Shown here: positions 38,588 through 51,267 of the stretch, one piece after another
Position numbering within the stretch: position 1 is the stretch's first letter
How the letters are laid out: each line of letters starts with the position of its first letter
NCBI RefSeq assembly: GCF_006345805.1
Contig: NC_043001.1
Span: forward strand, 26,288,001 to 26,352,000
Reading direction: 5' to 3'
DNA: 64,000 nt
DNA from: Octopus sinensis
Lineage: Eukaryota
Position numbers and translations under genes: made by a program
The notes under the pieces: generated by a model
What the model saw: only the letters and a program-made list of their open reading frames with translations
Databases searched by the model: none
Told to the model about the DNA's origin: nothing

Positions 38588-39051
38588 TTAAACATGTCAC
38601 CATGGTCCAAATCAGTGCTTACTTAGAGTTACTACTCTCCTAGATAGGTCAGAGGACCAGGCTTTGCTCATACATTTCATTTTTGACTAAATTCCCTTTC
38701 TATCAGAGTGTACTGAGTCCATTTTATTGTGCCACCAACCTTAGAGAGCTTATCTCCTTAACAAGACTAACGGGTCATTTTGACCCAATGTCTCTGTTCT
38801 TTTGCTAGCGATTTTACAGAGAGAGTGACAGGGAGCCAGGTGGTAGTGAGATGAGAGATAGGGGTATGAATGATGAGAGAGTAACAAAGAAGTGGGGAAG
38901 GTAGCAGGCTGTAGATTTGACAAAGAGTGAGAAACTCCAAATGTTTCTCAAATGGGTGAGAAACCCAAATGTATGCACACACAAACATGATGGTTTAGCA
39001 GGCCAAAACTTCAAATTCACTGTCAACAACATTCCTGTTTAAGAATAATAT

Positions 39052-39205
39052 ATCATCATCATCATCATCATCATTTAATGTCCACTTTCCATGCTGGCAT
39101 GGGTTAGATGGCTTTTGACAGGAACTGGTAAGCCAGGGAGCTGCACCAGGTTCCAGTCTGATTTGGCATGGTTTCTATAGCTGGATGACCTTCCTAACAC
39201 CAACC
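39052..39205 (-). mobile_element. Truncated family A retroposon
   Basis: (CAT)n tail plus core only. Confidence 0.8.
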
Positions 39206-39212
39206 ACGCACG

Positions 39213-39243
<31 letters not shown>

Positions 39244-41608
39244 GTCTTCCAATCTTCATCACTTCCAACATTTTAATGTTCACATAAAGTGATACAATAG
39301 TTTTTAAGAAGATTTATATTGACAATGATGGATTAAAAGTCTAAAGATTAAATTAGTATGAATAAATGTGTTATCTTGTTCTTGAGAGTAACATAACAAA
39401 AACGAAACTTTTCTATATTCAACAATAGTCAATAGAACCAATCACCCATTCATGGATACATTTGTTCAAGAAAATCAGGACATTATAGCCTTGATAGCTT
39501 TTGCATAAGATCAATTGATTGATTGATTGATAATGCACAGCAATATCTTTTAGACACTACCAATATTATCATATTCTAAAAATCAAAATTGGAATTCAAG
39601 ACAAATATCAATTTTAGACACTTCCTAAAATTACAATCACATCATCAAATATACTCTTTCATGTAGAAGCACATATATTGAACACCATACATAAGGCACA
39701 AAGCATCTTCTACTATAATAATACTCTTGTGTTTTTCTCCATCACAACATATGAATTAGAAAGGAAGGGGTGATAGATGAATAAGGAAGAAAGGGGTGAT
39801 GGCAAAATGGTGGGATGGTGAACATTCAATGCTGAAAAGAAAAATCAAACAGCATTTCAACTCCATGTGAGTATATGTGTTTATGTGCATGTGTACAAGG
39901 GAAGTACTGGCAAGTGTATTAATTTGATTTACCCTCCATATTTATGTATAAAATACTACAATTGGCCATCATTTTTGATGGCACAGAGCCAGCTAGTAGT
40001 ATATAAAACTCAAAGCAACTAACATATGTGTATGTGGTAAGGCACTGCATAAAGAAGTTGTGTAATTGAACTGAAAGTTTCGCAATTGAATACTTCTGTT
40101 AATACACGGGAATGGATACAGAAATCTTAATCAAAATTCAAAGGAACTCATTAATGAATGATTCCTGTAAAGTGAATATGCCCTACAGAAATGATTCAAA
40201 GAAGAGAGATAAAAAAGGAGTTACAGGAAAATTCAAAGTAAAATATTGAAAAGCTTTTGCTCCATTAGTTCTGTTTCTGGCAATTCCATGTATTTTTAAT
40301 GGAGCTATTCTGCCAAAAGCAGTTGGCATTTGTGGTAAGAAGATAAAAAAAATACAAACAATGCTTATAAAATGGAAAAATTCTACATTTATTTCCAATT
40401 TAAAAAAAGCAGCTTTTTAATAAATAAACTAATTTTAATAGATAATCAATTTAATTAGAAAAAATAAATACAACAAACTTCTTCAGATTGCCTTCTTTTT
40501 CTTACATTATAAGGTTCTTAGAACAGTGCCATGCCAATACAGAAAAATTGATGATAAAAAGGATAATAATGGCAATTAGACTAAAGTTGTGTGTGTGGTG
40601 TTTTGTTTTTGTTTTTGTTTTTTGGGGTTTTTTGGGGTTTTTTTTTTGTTTTTTGTTAAAAATATTTTAATATATTGTGTGTTTTCCTGAACTACCAATA
40701 CGTAACTGACAATCAGCTAACAGTTGAAGTGAATTCTTTTTAACTTTAAGGTCTATGAAATAAGGCTGTGAAAAAGAAGAAAAAAAAGACAGGAGAAATA
40801 ATAATTATTATTGAGAAAAGTCTCCCTGAAGCAACTAAAAAAAAAACCCATGTATTTGTTTCAGTAAATAAACAAATGAAAAAGATATTACACCTTCCTC
40901 TTCTATAATATTAAAATGTGACAGCAATTTTGAAATAGTAATTATGAATAAAAACATTGGGTTCAAGTAGGCAGCAGATAATGTACAAAGCAATTAGTGT
41001 GTGGGTATATTACTGTAGATAAATTCCACATACCCTATTATATGTTGACATCTCTTTTGTATGCAATGAATTTTCAAAATGTCAAATATCTCACTTTTTA
41101 TAATTAAACAATTGCAAACATAAAGTTAGAAGGATATTTGTCAAGTAATGACGGAATTTTATCCATGTCAGTAACACCATCACTACAACCTCCCTAGTTT
41201 TCCTAGGCTGAATGTGTCTGCACAATAGCAGACATCAAGTTCTCATACTCTACATCACTTCTTTCATGAAATTTAACTTTTTCCAGTTTGTTCTGCACTG
41301 GCTAGGTTACTCTCCATTACATGACAATAATTTACATTTCATGTCCAGCCCAATGAAGTCCTCTTCCAGCTATTTTTTTTTATAAAGTTCAACAGATTTC
41401 ATTCCCATCTCCCTGGGCAATTAGTGTCCAATCTCCGGGGCTCAATTGTCATCTACTTAAAAGAGGTCATTAGTTACCTACTTTGGTCTTTGGTTATTTG
41501 CAGTATCAAGTGCACTAGTACTTTTGTGCACTTGGACAATTGTTTTTCTCTTTTTTTATCAGACCCCTTGCATTTAATTTACACCTAATTATAGCTATAA
41601 CTCTTTAA

Positions 41609-41827
41609 CCCTTTAGTGTCCAGATTATTCTATCAAACATAATGCCTATTGATTCCCATTGATTTGAATTAATCATGCATTATCTCATATCTTCAAGATC
41701 TTGATGGTGTAATTACTTAATATAGAATAATATTGTGGGGTAGGTGTGAGAGCCTGGATCTGGTCAGTTTGAACATAAAACAGATTAGCTATTTTGGCCG
41801 GATATGGCCGGTTTAAATACTAAAGGG
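41609..41827. mobile_element. piggyBac-like MITE, family 2
   Basis: TTAA-CCCTTTAGT...ACTAAAGGG-TTAA; internal sequence differs from family 1. Confidence 0.85.
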
Positions 41828-42147
41828 TTAATACAGATTTCAAAAGCTCAAGATTCCCCCTAATATATTTCAAACCTCTTGCTAGCCATAGATCCAATAA
41901 AATCATTTGGTTACAGACACTCTTTTAAGAGCACTAAGTAAATCCTTCTACAAAGGATACAGAAAAACCTGATGAAAAGGTGGGAGCTAAAAATGATTTT
42001 CATAGCAATCCATTTCACTATATGCTTTATATTTTACATAACAGTAAAACTAACCTTATTTTTAGTCTTGTCATACATGACTTCAGCTGCCATCAAGAGT
42101 CTTTTGTCTACACCTACTGAGGAGGAATGGACTTTGAGCAATCTTTT

Positions 42148-42198
<51 letters not shown>

Positions 42199-43149
42199 AT
42201 TTTCAACTTTAAGCTAAGCACAAGTCAGTCAAAGAAACAGCTGGGTATTAAAATGTAGAAAGCTACATTGGAATGAAGATGTAATGGAAATGAATGATGC
42301 ATGATAGATGGAAACTACTTGTACTCGACATATTTCAAAGAAAACTTTGTTGTTCATTAAATGACATATATAGAATGCACTGAAATCTTTTTAGGCTACC
42401 AAATTCTTTGAAGTTTACTAAATATTTCAAATTCATGGCATTCTCTCTTAAAGAAACCAAGACACATTCTTACAATTTTGAGTGTCCTTTGTAATAGTTT
42501 TGTTCTGACACAAAACCACCTTCCAGTAAAATAATTTTTCATACAGAGAAAATTCTATCAAAAAAAAACATGAAGAATGGAGCTAAATATCCAAAAGTTT
42601 GTGCTTATCTATTATGTCCCTAGAAATACGAAATTGACTGCTTATCCTATGGCTCTTAAATGTGTGGGTGGGGGGAGAGAAGGAGAAAAAGAGAGAGAGA
42701 GCTTTCGATCATATTTGAAACATAAACCTAACAGAAATAGTAAATTAAGTAAATTAAATATTTATTTTCCTGATAAATATTTGTCCAATTCACCTAGAGA
42801 TAGAGATTATCAGGAAAATAAGTTTTTGTGCAATATAAATTTGATTCAACCTAAATGTAAGTTTGATACAATCTACAAATATTTGGCATGAACTACAATA
42901 AGGAAAGGAATTTTAAATTTGTTTTGATATGACTTTGTAGTTAAGAGCTTCCTTTTGCGAACACACAGTTCCAGGTTCAATCCCATTGCACAGGCCCACA
43001 AACCAGTGCTTTCTACTTTGACTCCAAAGCAACCAAAATCTTCTGAATGAAATTTAGTTAGAGAGGACATAGGGCTGCAACTATTTCATACCAGTGGATC
43101 TGATCTTGGGTTACCTCCTTGATTTCAGACCAATAGAGACTAATTGCTT

Positions 43150-43490
43150 TCATTTCATCTTCCATGCATCCTTTCCAGGTCTTCTTTGGTCGTCCAACTT
43201 TCTTCTTTCCTTCAGGTTGTCAGTCTAACATTTGTCTTGTAATGCTGCTTGGGGATCTCCTTAGAATGTGACTGAGCCAGCCCATTTCCTTTTCAGAAGT
43301 TCTTGATTGATTAGCGTCTGGTTTGTTCTATCCTACAGACTTCTGTTTGAAATTATGTCCAGCCACCAGATCTTGAGGATGTAGGGCAGACATTTGCTGA
43401 TAAGGTCTGTAGATTACCCTTTATGGCTTTGGTGACCCTCCAAATTTCTGACCCATAAAGAAGAACAGCCTTGAAGATGCCAAGTTTTGA
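43150..43490 (-). mobile_element. RTE-type LINE 3' ORF fragment
   Basis: WLSHILRRSPSSITRQMLD*QPEGKKKVGRPKKTW. Confidence 0.75.
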
Positions 43491-45162
43491 ATGAAATTTG
43501 GTAGACTGAAACTATGCAGAAGCCAGTCAGATGCCTTTATTTTGAGATGGTAGACTTACAGCATTTTGTGGTATTTGATCCCCTTTACACTCAATTAAAC
43601 TTTGCTTTTCAACTTTTACAAGACTACTGATAAAATAGCAGCCAGCTAACAACTGCTCAAGAAGAACTTACTCAAGGACATAACATGCTGTTGGGAATTG
43701 AATTCATGACCTTATGATTATGAGCAGAATATCACCAATCATCACCTGCTTAAAGGCAAGGTGACATTTCCCCATTACCAGATGCTCCAGTTCAGTCAAC
43801 TGGCAAAAATGAGTAGTATCTGTAATTCAAAGGACCAGTCTTGTCACATTCTGCGTGATGCTGAATCTCCCTGATAACTGTGTTAAAAGTACATGTGTCT
43901 GTGGAGTGCTCGGCTACTTGCACACTGATTTCATGAGCAGGCTGTTCCATTGATCAGATAAACTGGAACACTCATTGTTGTAACCGACAATATGCCAGTA
44001 TCATAATACCATACATTAAGTATCTATAATGCATATCAATTAGAAATAATGTTCTGGTATTTTGAATCTTCTTTATCTACAAGTATTTCAAGCCATTTGC
44101 AAAGCATACAACAGACATTTAACTAACTTCTTAAATAAAGCTTTTTAAAAAAAAAACTTTAAAAAAAATTTTAATAATTTCATTGGCAATACTAGAAAAT
44201 AAAAATTTATGTATTATATTACAAATATGCATTGAAAAACCCTCACACAAATAAATCTGCTTACACTTTCCACACACAGTTTAATTCTACTAAGTTATAG
44301 CTAAGACTCAAGTCATTTCTCTGTTGAGAAATTTTTATTTTGTTAAATGCACCCCCTCCCAAAGTGATTTGAAGAATTTGCTCTAATACCAAATGCTAAC
44401 CTTTCATAAATGAAATTGAGTACGTGTTATCATAGTCAGCATTAAAATGTCAAAATTTATGCTATTCACTTGTAAAATATCACAATAGAGAAAAAAAAAT
44501 GGCTGCAGGCTTTTGGTGGGTTCTTAAGCTATCTTAGAACTCACTCCAGCCTCCCTCTGTCACTATTCAAATATAAAAATAAATAACAAGAGAGCTTAAC
44601 GTAACTTCATGTAAATTTTTTGATGGTTATGTAACAGTACACAATTCTCTTCAAATTAAATATCTAAAATGCTTAAAATCTAAAAATGCTTAAAATTTAT
44701 AATTTTATTAAAACTAAGAGGCACACAAGCATCGTTGTACTAGTAAATGCGACAATAAAACACAAATGCCATATAGTTTACTATAAAACTATTAGAACTA
44801 AAGTATGACTATGTAAAATAATTCCACAGATAGGACTCAACTGGCCCTGGAATTAGACCATAAGTAAATATGAGTGAAAGTTTCAAAATTAATGTAAAAT
44901 GTCAAGTTTAAGAAAAATGGTTTCAAGTAGCAAACACAAATTAAAAAGAAAATAAGATATTTTACCTAAAATGTCAAATTTAAAACTTAAATGTGCATTA
45001 AATCTTTTCTCTTTGCTTATTAGTAATTGTCCTGTTTTTTTAGCTATTGTTTAATATTTGAGATACACAATATGTAGCTGCTTTCATGTTTATTATTCAA
45101 GATAAGTAATAATTAAAGATAGTTGAGTAAATAGAGGCTGGTAAGAGTACAGAGAAATATTA

Positions 45163-45375
45163 TTTTTACTCTTTTACTTGTTTCAATCATTTGACTGCGG
45201 CCATGCTGGAGCACCGTCTTCAGTTGGTAAATCGCCCCCAGTACTTATTCTTTGTAAGCCTAGTACTTATTCTATCAGTCTCTTTTGCCGAACCGCTAAG
45301 TTACGGGGACGTAAACACACCAGCATCGGTTGTCAAGCGATGTTGGAGGGGACAAACACAGACACACAAACATAT

Positions 45376-45415
<40 letters not shown>

Positions 45416-45628
45416 CATCATCATCATCATCATCATCATATATATATATATATATACATATATACAACAGACTTCTTTCAGTTTCCATCTACCAAATCCA
45501 CTCACAAGGCTTTGGTCAGCCTGGGGCTATAGTAGAAGACACTTGCCCAAGGTGCCACACAGTGGGACAGAACCCAGAGCCATGTAGTTGGTAAGCAAGC
45601 TACTTACCACACAGCCACTCCTGCGCCT
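45163..45628 (-). mobile_element. Full-length SINE family B
   Basis: Consensus match with an expanded internal (TA)n(CAT)n tract. Confidence 0.9.
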
Positions 45629-45928
45629 AAATATTTATAAATAAAAATTATAATGGTATAATAAATTTCAACCCCTTAGTATCCATATTAGTCAGTCAAA
45701 TGTAATGCTTATTTATTCATATTGTTTTGAATTAATCATGCATTACCTTGCAGCTTTGAGATTTTGATGATGTGATTGTTTTGCTTTAGAATGACATTGT
45801 AGAGTAGATGGCAGAGGCTAGATCTGGCCAAGCTGAACATAAAAATGCGCGGGCTAAAACTACGCACCCTCACTAGTCAGTTAAGGTGAGACAGTGTCAC
45901 ATGACAACTTGCTGGAGCCTAGCAGCAG

Positions 45929-45965
45929 GTATTTAAAGGGAAAAATTTGACAAGTCAGTCAGTCA
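45929..45965 (+). promoter_or_regulatory. TATA box plus Initiator-like motif in the GC-rich insert
   Basis: TATTTAAA at 45930-45937 and TCAGTCAGTCA starting 25 nt downstream of the TATA start (45955). Confidence 0.45.
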
Positions 45966-46045
45966 CCGGCTGACACTCGCTGACGATACATCAAAGAGGC
46001 CAGGGAACAGAAAAAGGAAGAAGAAAGAAGTCATGCACCCAACAC

Positions 46046-46133
46046 CAGAGCTGAAGACACCTCCGAAAGGGGTGGGGCCGCCACGTCAAAACGGTAGAGG
46101 AGTAGGGGCCGAAACCAGACGTGGGTCCTCCTG
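46046..46133 (+). ncRNA. Atypical type I hammerhead-ribozyme-like motif
   Basis: GAG-CTGAAGA (46051-46057), an extra hairpin, GGCC/GGCC stem II, GAAA (46111), CC/GG stem III, GTC (46125-46127), then CTC closing stem I. Confidence 0.4.
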
Positions 46134-46602
46134 ATGATGTCTTGAGCTAACTGGATCCTATAAAGGAGCTGTTGTGGTAGCAGACCACGAAACATGGTTG
46201 TAATTCCCTTGATTTAAATGCTAAATGATTAAATAATTTGTTTTAACTCTGCTTTCTCGAGCTAATATGAATAGGGCAATTCTGCATTACATCTCATTAT
46301 GCTTAGTGATCCTATGCCATTGTTCCTATGAAACTTATAAAAAACAGCAACCAAATCTCCCTCAAACCCCACTCAGCCACTTTAAAAAGAAAAGCAAACA
46401 TACATATTCAGGATAATAGTCCTAAACACATTATACTGCTGCAATCAAAGACAGAATGATTACAGCTTGAATGCCTTTGTTCAATCTACTCAATTGGTGT
46501 TCTAAACAATAACAATCGGTTGCTATCCATCTACAATCTAACTCTTAGGTATTAAATTGACACTAGCTCTTCCCCCTGGCACCAACTTATGCAGGATTTA
46601 CA

Positions 46603-46734
46603 GCAGCTGTGTGATGGGAAGTTTGCTTCCCAGCCATATGGTTCCAGGTTCAGTCCCATAGCCCAGGACGGAACAAAGGCTGGTGAGTGGATTTTGTAGA
46701 CAGAAATTGAAAGAACCCCATTGTGTGTGTGTGT

Positions 46735-46769
<35 letters not shown>

Positions 46770-47250
46770 TCATAATCATCATCATCATCGTTTAACATCC
46801 ACTTTCCATGCTAGCATGGGTTGGACGATTTGACTGAGGTCTGGTGAACCAGATGGCTGCACCAGACTCCAATCTGATCTGGCAGAGTTTCTACAGCTTG
46901 ATGCCCTTCCTAATGCCAACCACTCCAAGAGTGTAGTGGGTTCTTTTATGTGCCACCAGCACAAGGGCCAGTCAGGCGGTACTGGCAACGGCCATGCTCA
47001 AATGGTGCTTTTTATGTGCCACCTGCACAAGAGCCAGTCCAACGGCACTGGCAACGACCTTGCTCAAATGTTTTTTTCATGTGCCACCAGTACAAGTGCC
47101 AGTAAGGCAACGCAGATAACGATCACGCTCGAATGGTGTTTTTTACGTGCCATCGGCACAGAGGCCAGCTTGTTGCTCTGGCAACGGTCACGCTCGGATG
47201 GTACTCTTAGCACTCCACTAGCATGGATGCCAGTCATCAAATTTGATTTG

Positions 47251-47281
<31 letters not shown>

Positions 47282-47545
47282 GTCATCATCATCATCATCA
47301 TGAGAGAGAGAGATACATATTTGTCTGTGTATGTGTGTGTGTCTTTTTGTTTGTTCCCCACCACTGCTTAACAACCAGTGTGGTTTGTTTATGTCCCTGT
47401 AACTTCACCATAAGAGATCAACAGAATAAGTACCAGGCTTAAAAAAATAAAAAAATATAAAATTGGGGTCAATTCATTCAACTAAAACTCTTCAAGCCAG
47501 TGCCCAAGCATGGCTGCAGTCCAATGACTGAAACAAGTAAAAGAC
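46603..47545 (+). mobile_element. SINE family B split by a minus-strand family A copy (46778-47245)
   Basis: B head 46603-46720 and B tail 47320-47545; an A copy with about five modules lies in the central microsatellite. Confidence 0.85.
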
Positions 47546-48549
47546 AACAGATAAAAGATATTTCCAATGGTATTCTTAGTTGGTTTCGTTGTATCTGTCA
47601 CTCCTAAATGTTTGATAATTTCCAGAATTTTTTGTTCTGTATGTATTATTTGCATACAAAATATTTGTTCTGATACATAACGTCAAATTCCACTTACTCT
47701 CTTAGCATATATTGTACAACTCTCATCATCCTTTACATCTAACTAATACTAGCTTGGTCTATGATGGTCCCGAAAATTTGGCTATTGGGATATATTTTTT
47801 AAATTATTTTTACAGTTAGATTCTCTACTTGCATCTAAATACTATTCAGCTAGTTAATTATTAAAATTTTAGTATAGCTATTTTTACCCCAGACTCCATA
47901 TTATTAAAGAGATGAGACTAAAGTTTTCTATTGATTTAACAAGCTTAACCTCCTTTAGTGAGTAGGCATGCACAAAGGAGAAAGAAAGGGAGTGAGGGGA
48001 AGATAACAGCTGTTGTTTGAATAGGTTTATATATATTGTTTTTTTTTAAACTTATTTTGCATTTTTGTTTCTCATAACATCTTGCTGCTCTCCTCCACTT
48101 TAGCATGATGCAAATTCCTTTATGTGTGAACTGATGTTACAATTGTTGTAAATTTATTTGAGAATCTTTTTTGCAAATTAAGTATGTTTCCATGAGATAA
48201 AAATAATGAATTAATGATATGATTTTCCATTTATTTTCTTGTGGAAAGAAATAATTATTTTTAAATAAGAGAATACTTCCCAACAATTTTGTAATATTAA
48301 CAACTCTGATATTTAAGTTATTATTTACATAGCTTCAGCTGTTTATACTCTGCATTAATAATTAATAAAAAAAAAACTTTCTCAAATGATTAATTTCTTT
48401 CTTTATAACCTTAGTTATTACTCAAAAGTAGTTTTCTTAAAAATCAGACAGTGTTTGATCTATCTCCTAGACTATACCAGAAAGTTTTAAATAAATATTA
48501 AAAAAAAGTAAAATAAAAACTATTACTTTCTATATTTTAGGGAAACGCA

Positions 48550-50265
48550 TTTAGTAAAATGTGTTGATGGCCATCTCAACTTCTCCAAAACTTTTTAATT
48601 CTGTGCTATGCAAACAACTTATGGCAAAGCTTTCTGCAATGGGTGTGAAGGCTAATCTTCATAACTAGTTGAAATTCTTCATTCTTGGTTGAAAAGAGAT
48701 AGTCAACATCCTGCATCCTATTTGATGACATCTGGAATCCTGCAGGGTAATGTTCTTAGTCTGCCCTCTGTTGTTTGTTGCATATAGTCTTGAAATCAAT
48801 GCCAACTTGAAGTATATTTACTGTGTTTAAAAACATAGGTGTCTTGCACTAAAAAGAATGGATCCTGGGTGCTACAGGTCTTCCCTGCAATCTAACCTAG
48901 ATACAATGCAACAAGGGATTATTAAATGGCAACTCATGATGGCTGTAGACAAGTAGGATCTTTTCGGTTTGAACGGCAGTTTTTTCTAGCGGTGTCATAT
49001 GAAATTGTCATCCATAATTATGACCCTAGTATCGATCTATTGCATTTCAATCTGTTTTAGGGTTAGGGTTAGAGTTAGGGTTAGTTAGGGTTGGTTAGGG
49101 TTAGGGTTAGGGGTGGGGGGAAGGGTATCTTTTTTTCTTCACAAATGGAAATAAACCCAATCTGTTTCTTAAACGAGGGGCATATTCATACGGCACAGAA
49201 TGCTTTCACCTCAATAGACGTCATTGATTGGTTGAAATTGCAGAAATTGCAGAAATTGAAGGAAAAAAACAACAAATATCTTACAAACTATAGAATTTTC
49301 TCAATAAAGCCAAGAGAAAAAGATGTTTTATAAACACATTCTACTAGTATACAAAGTTTAAAAGTGTTTAGTTACGTGGAAATTATTTTGAAAAACTGCC
49401 GGTCAAACCGAAAAGATCCGACAAGTACACCACAATAACATTCTGAGAGAAAAAAAACCTGGAATTTACCTACTCCTTCCACAACACAATCTTAAGAATG
49501 GATGTGAATGAGGCATTATTGTTTGTGGTCTGCATTGGACAAACCTCACTTCTAAAACTGTCAAGAAGGCTGCAGGTGTCAAACATCATTCAGTCAGACC
49601 TTTGTCAGATGCTCACCAGCTATCTATTTAAAGATACATATGGCTATGGAATGTCCACACAGTTTACATCTCTAGTCTGGGACCACCCCAACTCTTTCTC
49701 AGAATATAAATCAAGAGACATGCTGCCAGACAAATACCTTCCACCGGCCACTACATCTTGAATGTCTTGCTTTTCTGGGCATCAACACACTAAATCTTTG
49801 ATTCTTAGTAACTGAGTTGGTAGAAGCCCACAAGATCGTCCTGTCTTTCCAACAACAACCTTGATCATCTTTTTTAATTCAATATCTCTGCCACTCATGG
49901 ATACACTTACAAAACAAAGCAAAAAAAAAGCACACAACACCCATGACTTTTGGAAACATTTTTCATACTCAGAATTGCTGAAGCATGTAACCAAGTACCA
50001 GCATCAGTTGTTAGTTGACAAGACTGTGCATCCTTGAAAAATTGCCTGCTTCCCAAAATTTACCAACATTGTACACCCCTTTGTTTTTGTGGCTCTTTTA
50101 ATCTTCCTTTTTCTGTTTTCCCATGTTTTATCCTGTATGTTATGCTATTTTTGAATGCAACTGCTGTCTTTCTGTCTTTGACTTACTGCTGTTTTCGGTT
50201 CCCTCTTTTACTCTTTTCTGAAGAATTGTAGTGCACCTGAACACTGTCTACAATAAGCATATTAT
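48550..50265 (+). mobile_element. Decayed CR1-like LINE (RT region to 3' end)
   Basis: VDGHLNFSKTF.NSV..KQLMAKLSAMGV, TSGILQGNVL..PLLFVAY, LQSNLDTMQQ..KWQLMMAVDK, QFTSLVWD; ends in an (ATT)n tail. Confidence 0.75.
48956..49419. mobile_element. MITE with 29-bp TIRs, 8-bp TSD and internal (TTAGGG)n
   Basis: TSD GACAAGTA (48948-48955, 49420-49427); TIRs GGATCTTTTCGGTTTGAACGGCAGTTTTT / AAAAACTGCCGGTCAAACCGAAAAGATCC. Confidence 0.95.
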
Positions 50266-50289
50266 TATTATTATTATTATTATTATTTT

Positions 50290-50570
50290 CATCATCATCA
50301 TCATCATCATCATTGTTTAACGTCCGTTCTCCATGCTAGCATGGGTTGGACGGTTCGACCGGGGATCTGGGAAGCCAGAAGGCTGCACCAGACTCCAGTC
50401 TGATCTGGCAGTGTTTCTACAGCTGAATGCCCTTCCGAACGCCAACCACTCCGTGAGTGTAGTGGGTGCTTTTTACGTGCCACCGGCACAGGTGCCAGAC
50501 GAGGCTGGCAACGGCCACAATCGGATTGGTGCATTTTACATGCCACCGGTACGGAAGCCAGTCAAGGCAA
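50290..50570 (-). mobile_element. Family A retroposon in an (ATT)n tract
   Basis: (CAT)n tail and two modules. Confidence 0.9.
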
Positions 50571-50573
50571 GTC

Positions 50574-50608
<35 letters not shown>

Positions 50609-50942
50609 TTGTTAATATTCAGATCAAAACCAATATATAAAATGAAAAGCGACAATTTCATTCGCTTCATAATTATGTTTATAAATGACAAAATTATAGA
50701 TATGTAAACTAATAACAATTTGGAACAAAAATGTCATTTTAAAAATTATTTATTCAATTGTATACCTTCAAAGTCTGGCAAGGGTTACAGAAAATAATGA
50801 TTGGGAATGCTTGCAACATGCAAATTTAATAGTAAGGCACACCTGATGTAGTGAGCCACGACAACAGTTAATTATGTAAGGAAAACATACTATTTATTAG
50901 ATTTTGTACGTGTTAAATGTATGAATATTTTAAAATACTTTC

Positions 50943-51116
50943 TGATGCTGGTGTGTTTATGTCCCCGTCACTTAGTGGTTCGGCAAAAGAGACTGATATA
51001 ATAAGTACTAGGCTTACAAAGAATAAGTCCCGGGGTCGATTTGCTCGACTAAAGGCGGTGCTCCAGCATGGCCGCAGTCAAATGACTGAAACAAGTAAAA
51101 GAGTAAAAGAGAAAAA
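50943..51116 (+). mobile_element. 3' half of SINE family B
   Basis: GATGCTGGTGTGTTTATGTCCCC...GAAACAAGTAAAAGAG. Confidence 0.9.
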
Positions 51117-51231
51117 GATATATATATATATATATATATAATTTTAATCCAAACGGGAAACAAAAAAACAACAACAATGGAACAATTACAGTATTATTAT
51201 TAATAGGCGCTCAGGAAAAGGAAGCAGGGAG

Positions 51232-51267
51232 GTATGACGTTTCGAGCGGAGCTCTTCGTCGGAAACA
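51232..51267 (-). ncRNA. Minimal hammerhead ribozyme variant in a Penelope-type pLTR fragment (51141-51364)
   Basis: Minus strand reads GTTT-CCGACGA-A-GAGC-TCC-GCTC-GAAA-CG-TC-ATAC; the fragment sits between (TA)n tracts. Confidence 0.7.

Larger units (their letters stand above)
45671..46232. mobile_element. Family-2 MITE interrupted by a GC-rich insert (45846-46210)
   Basis: 45671-45844 aligns to the 41609 MITE up to GAACATAAAA; the MITE end resumes at 46211 (GATTTAAATGCTAAATGATTAA). Confidence 0.75.

Noticed and set aside
46131-46210. Second complete hammerhead in the GC-rich insert
   Set aside because: CTGATGA, a long stem and GAAAC are present, but extra bases precede GAAA and stem I cannot form in this copy.
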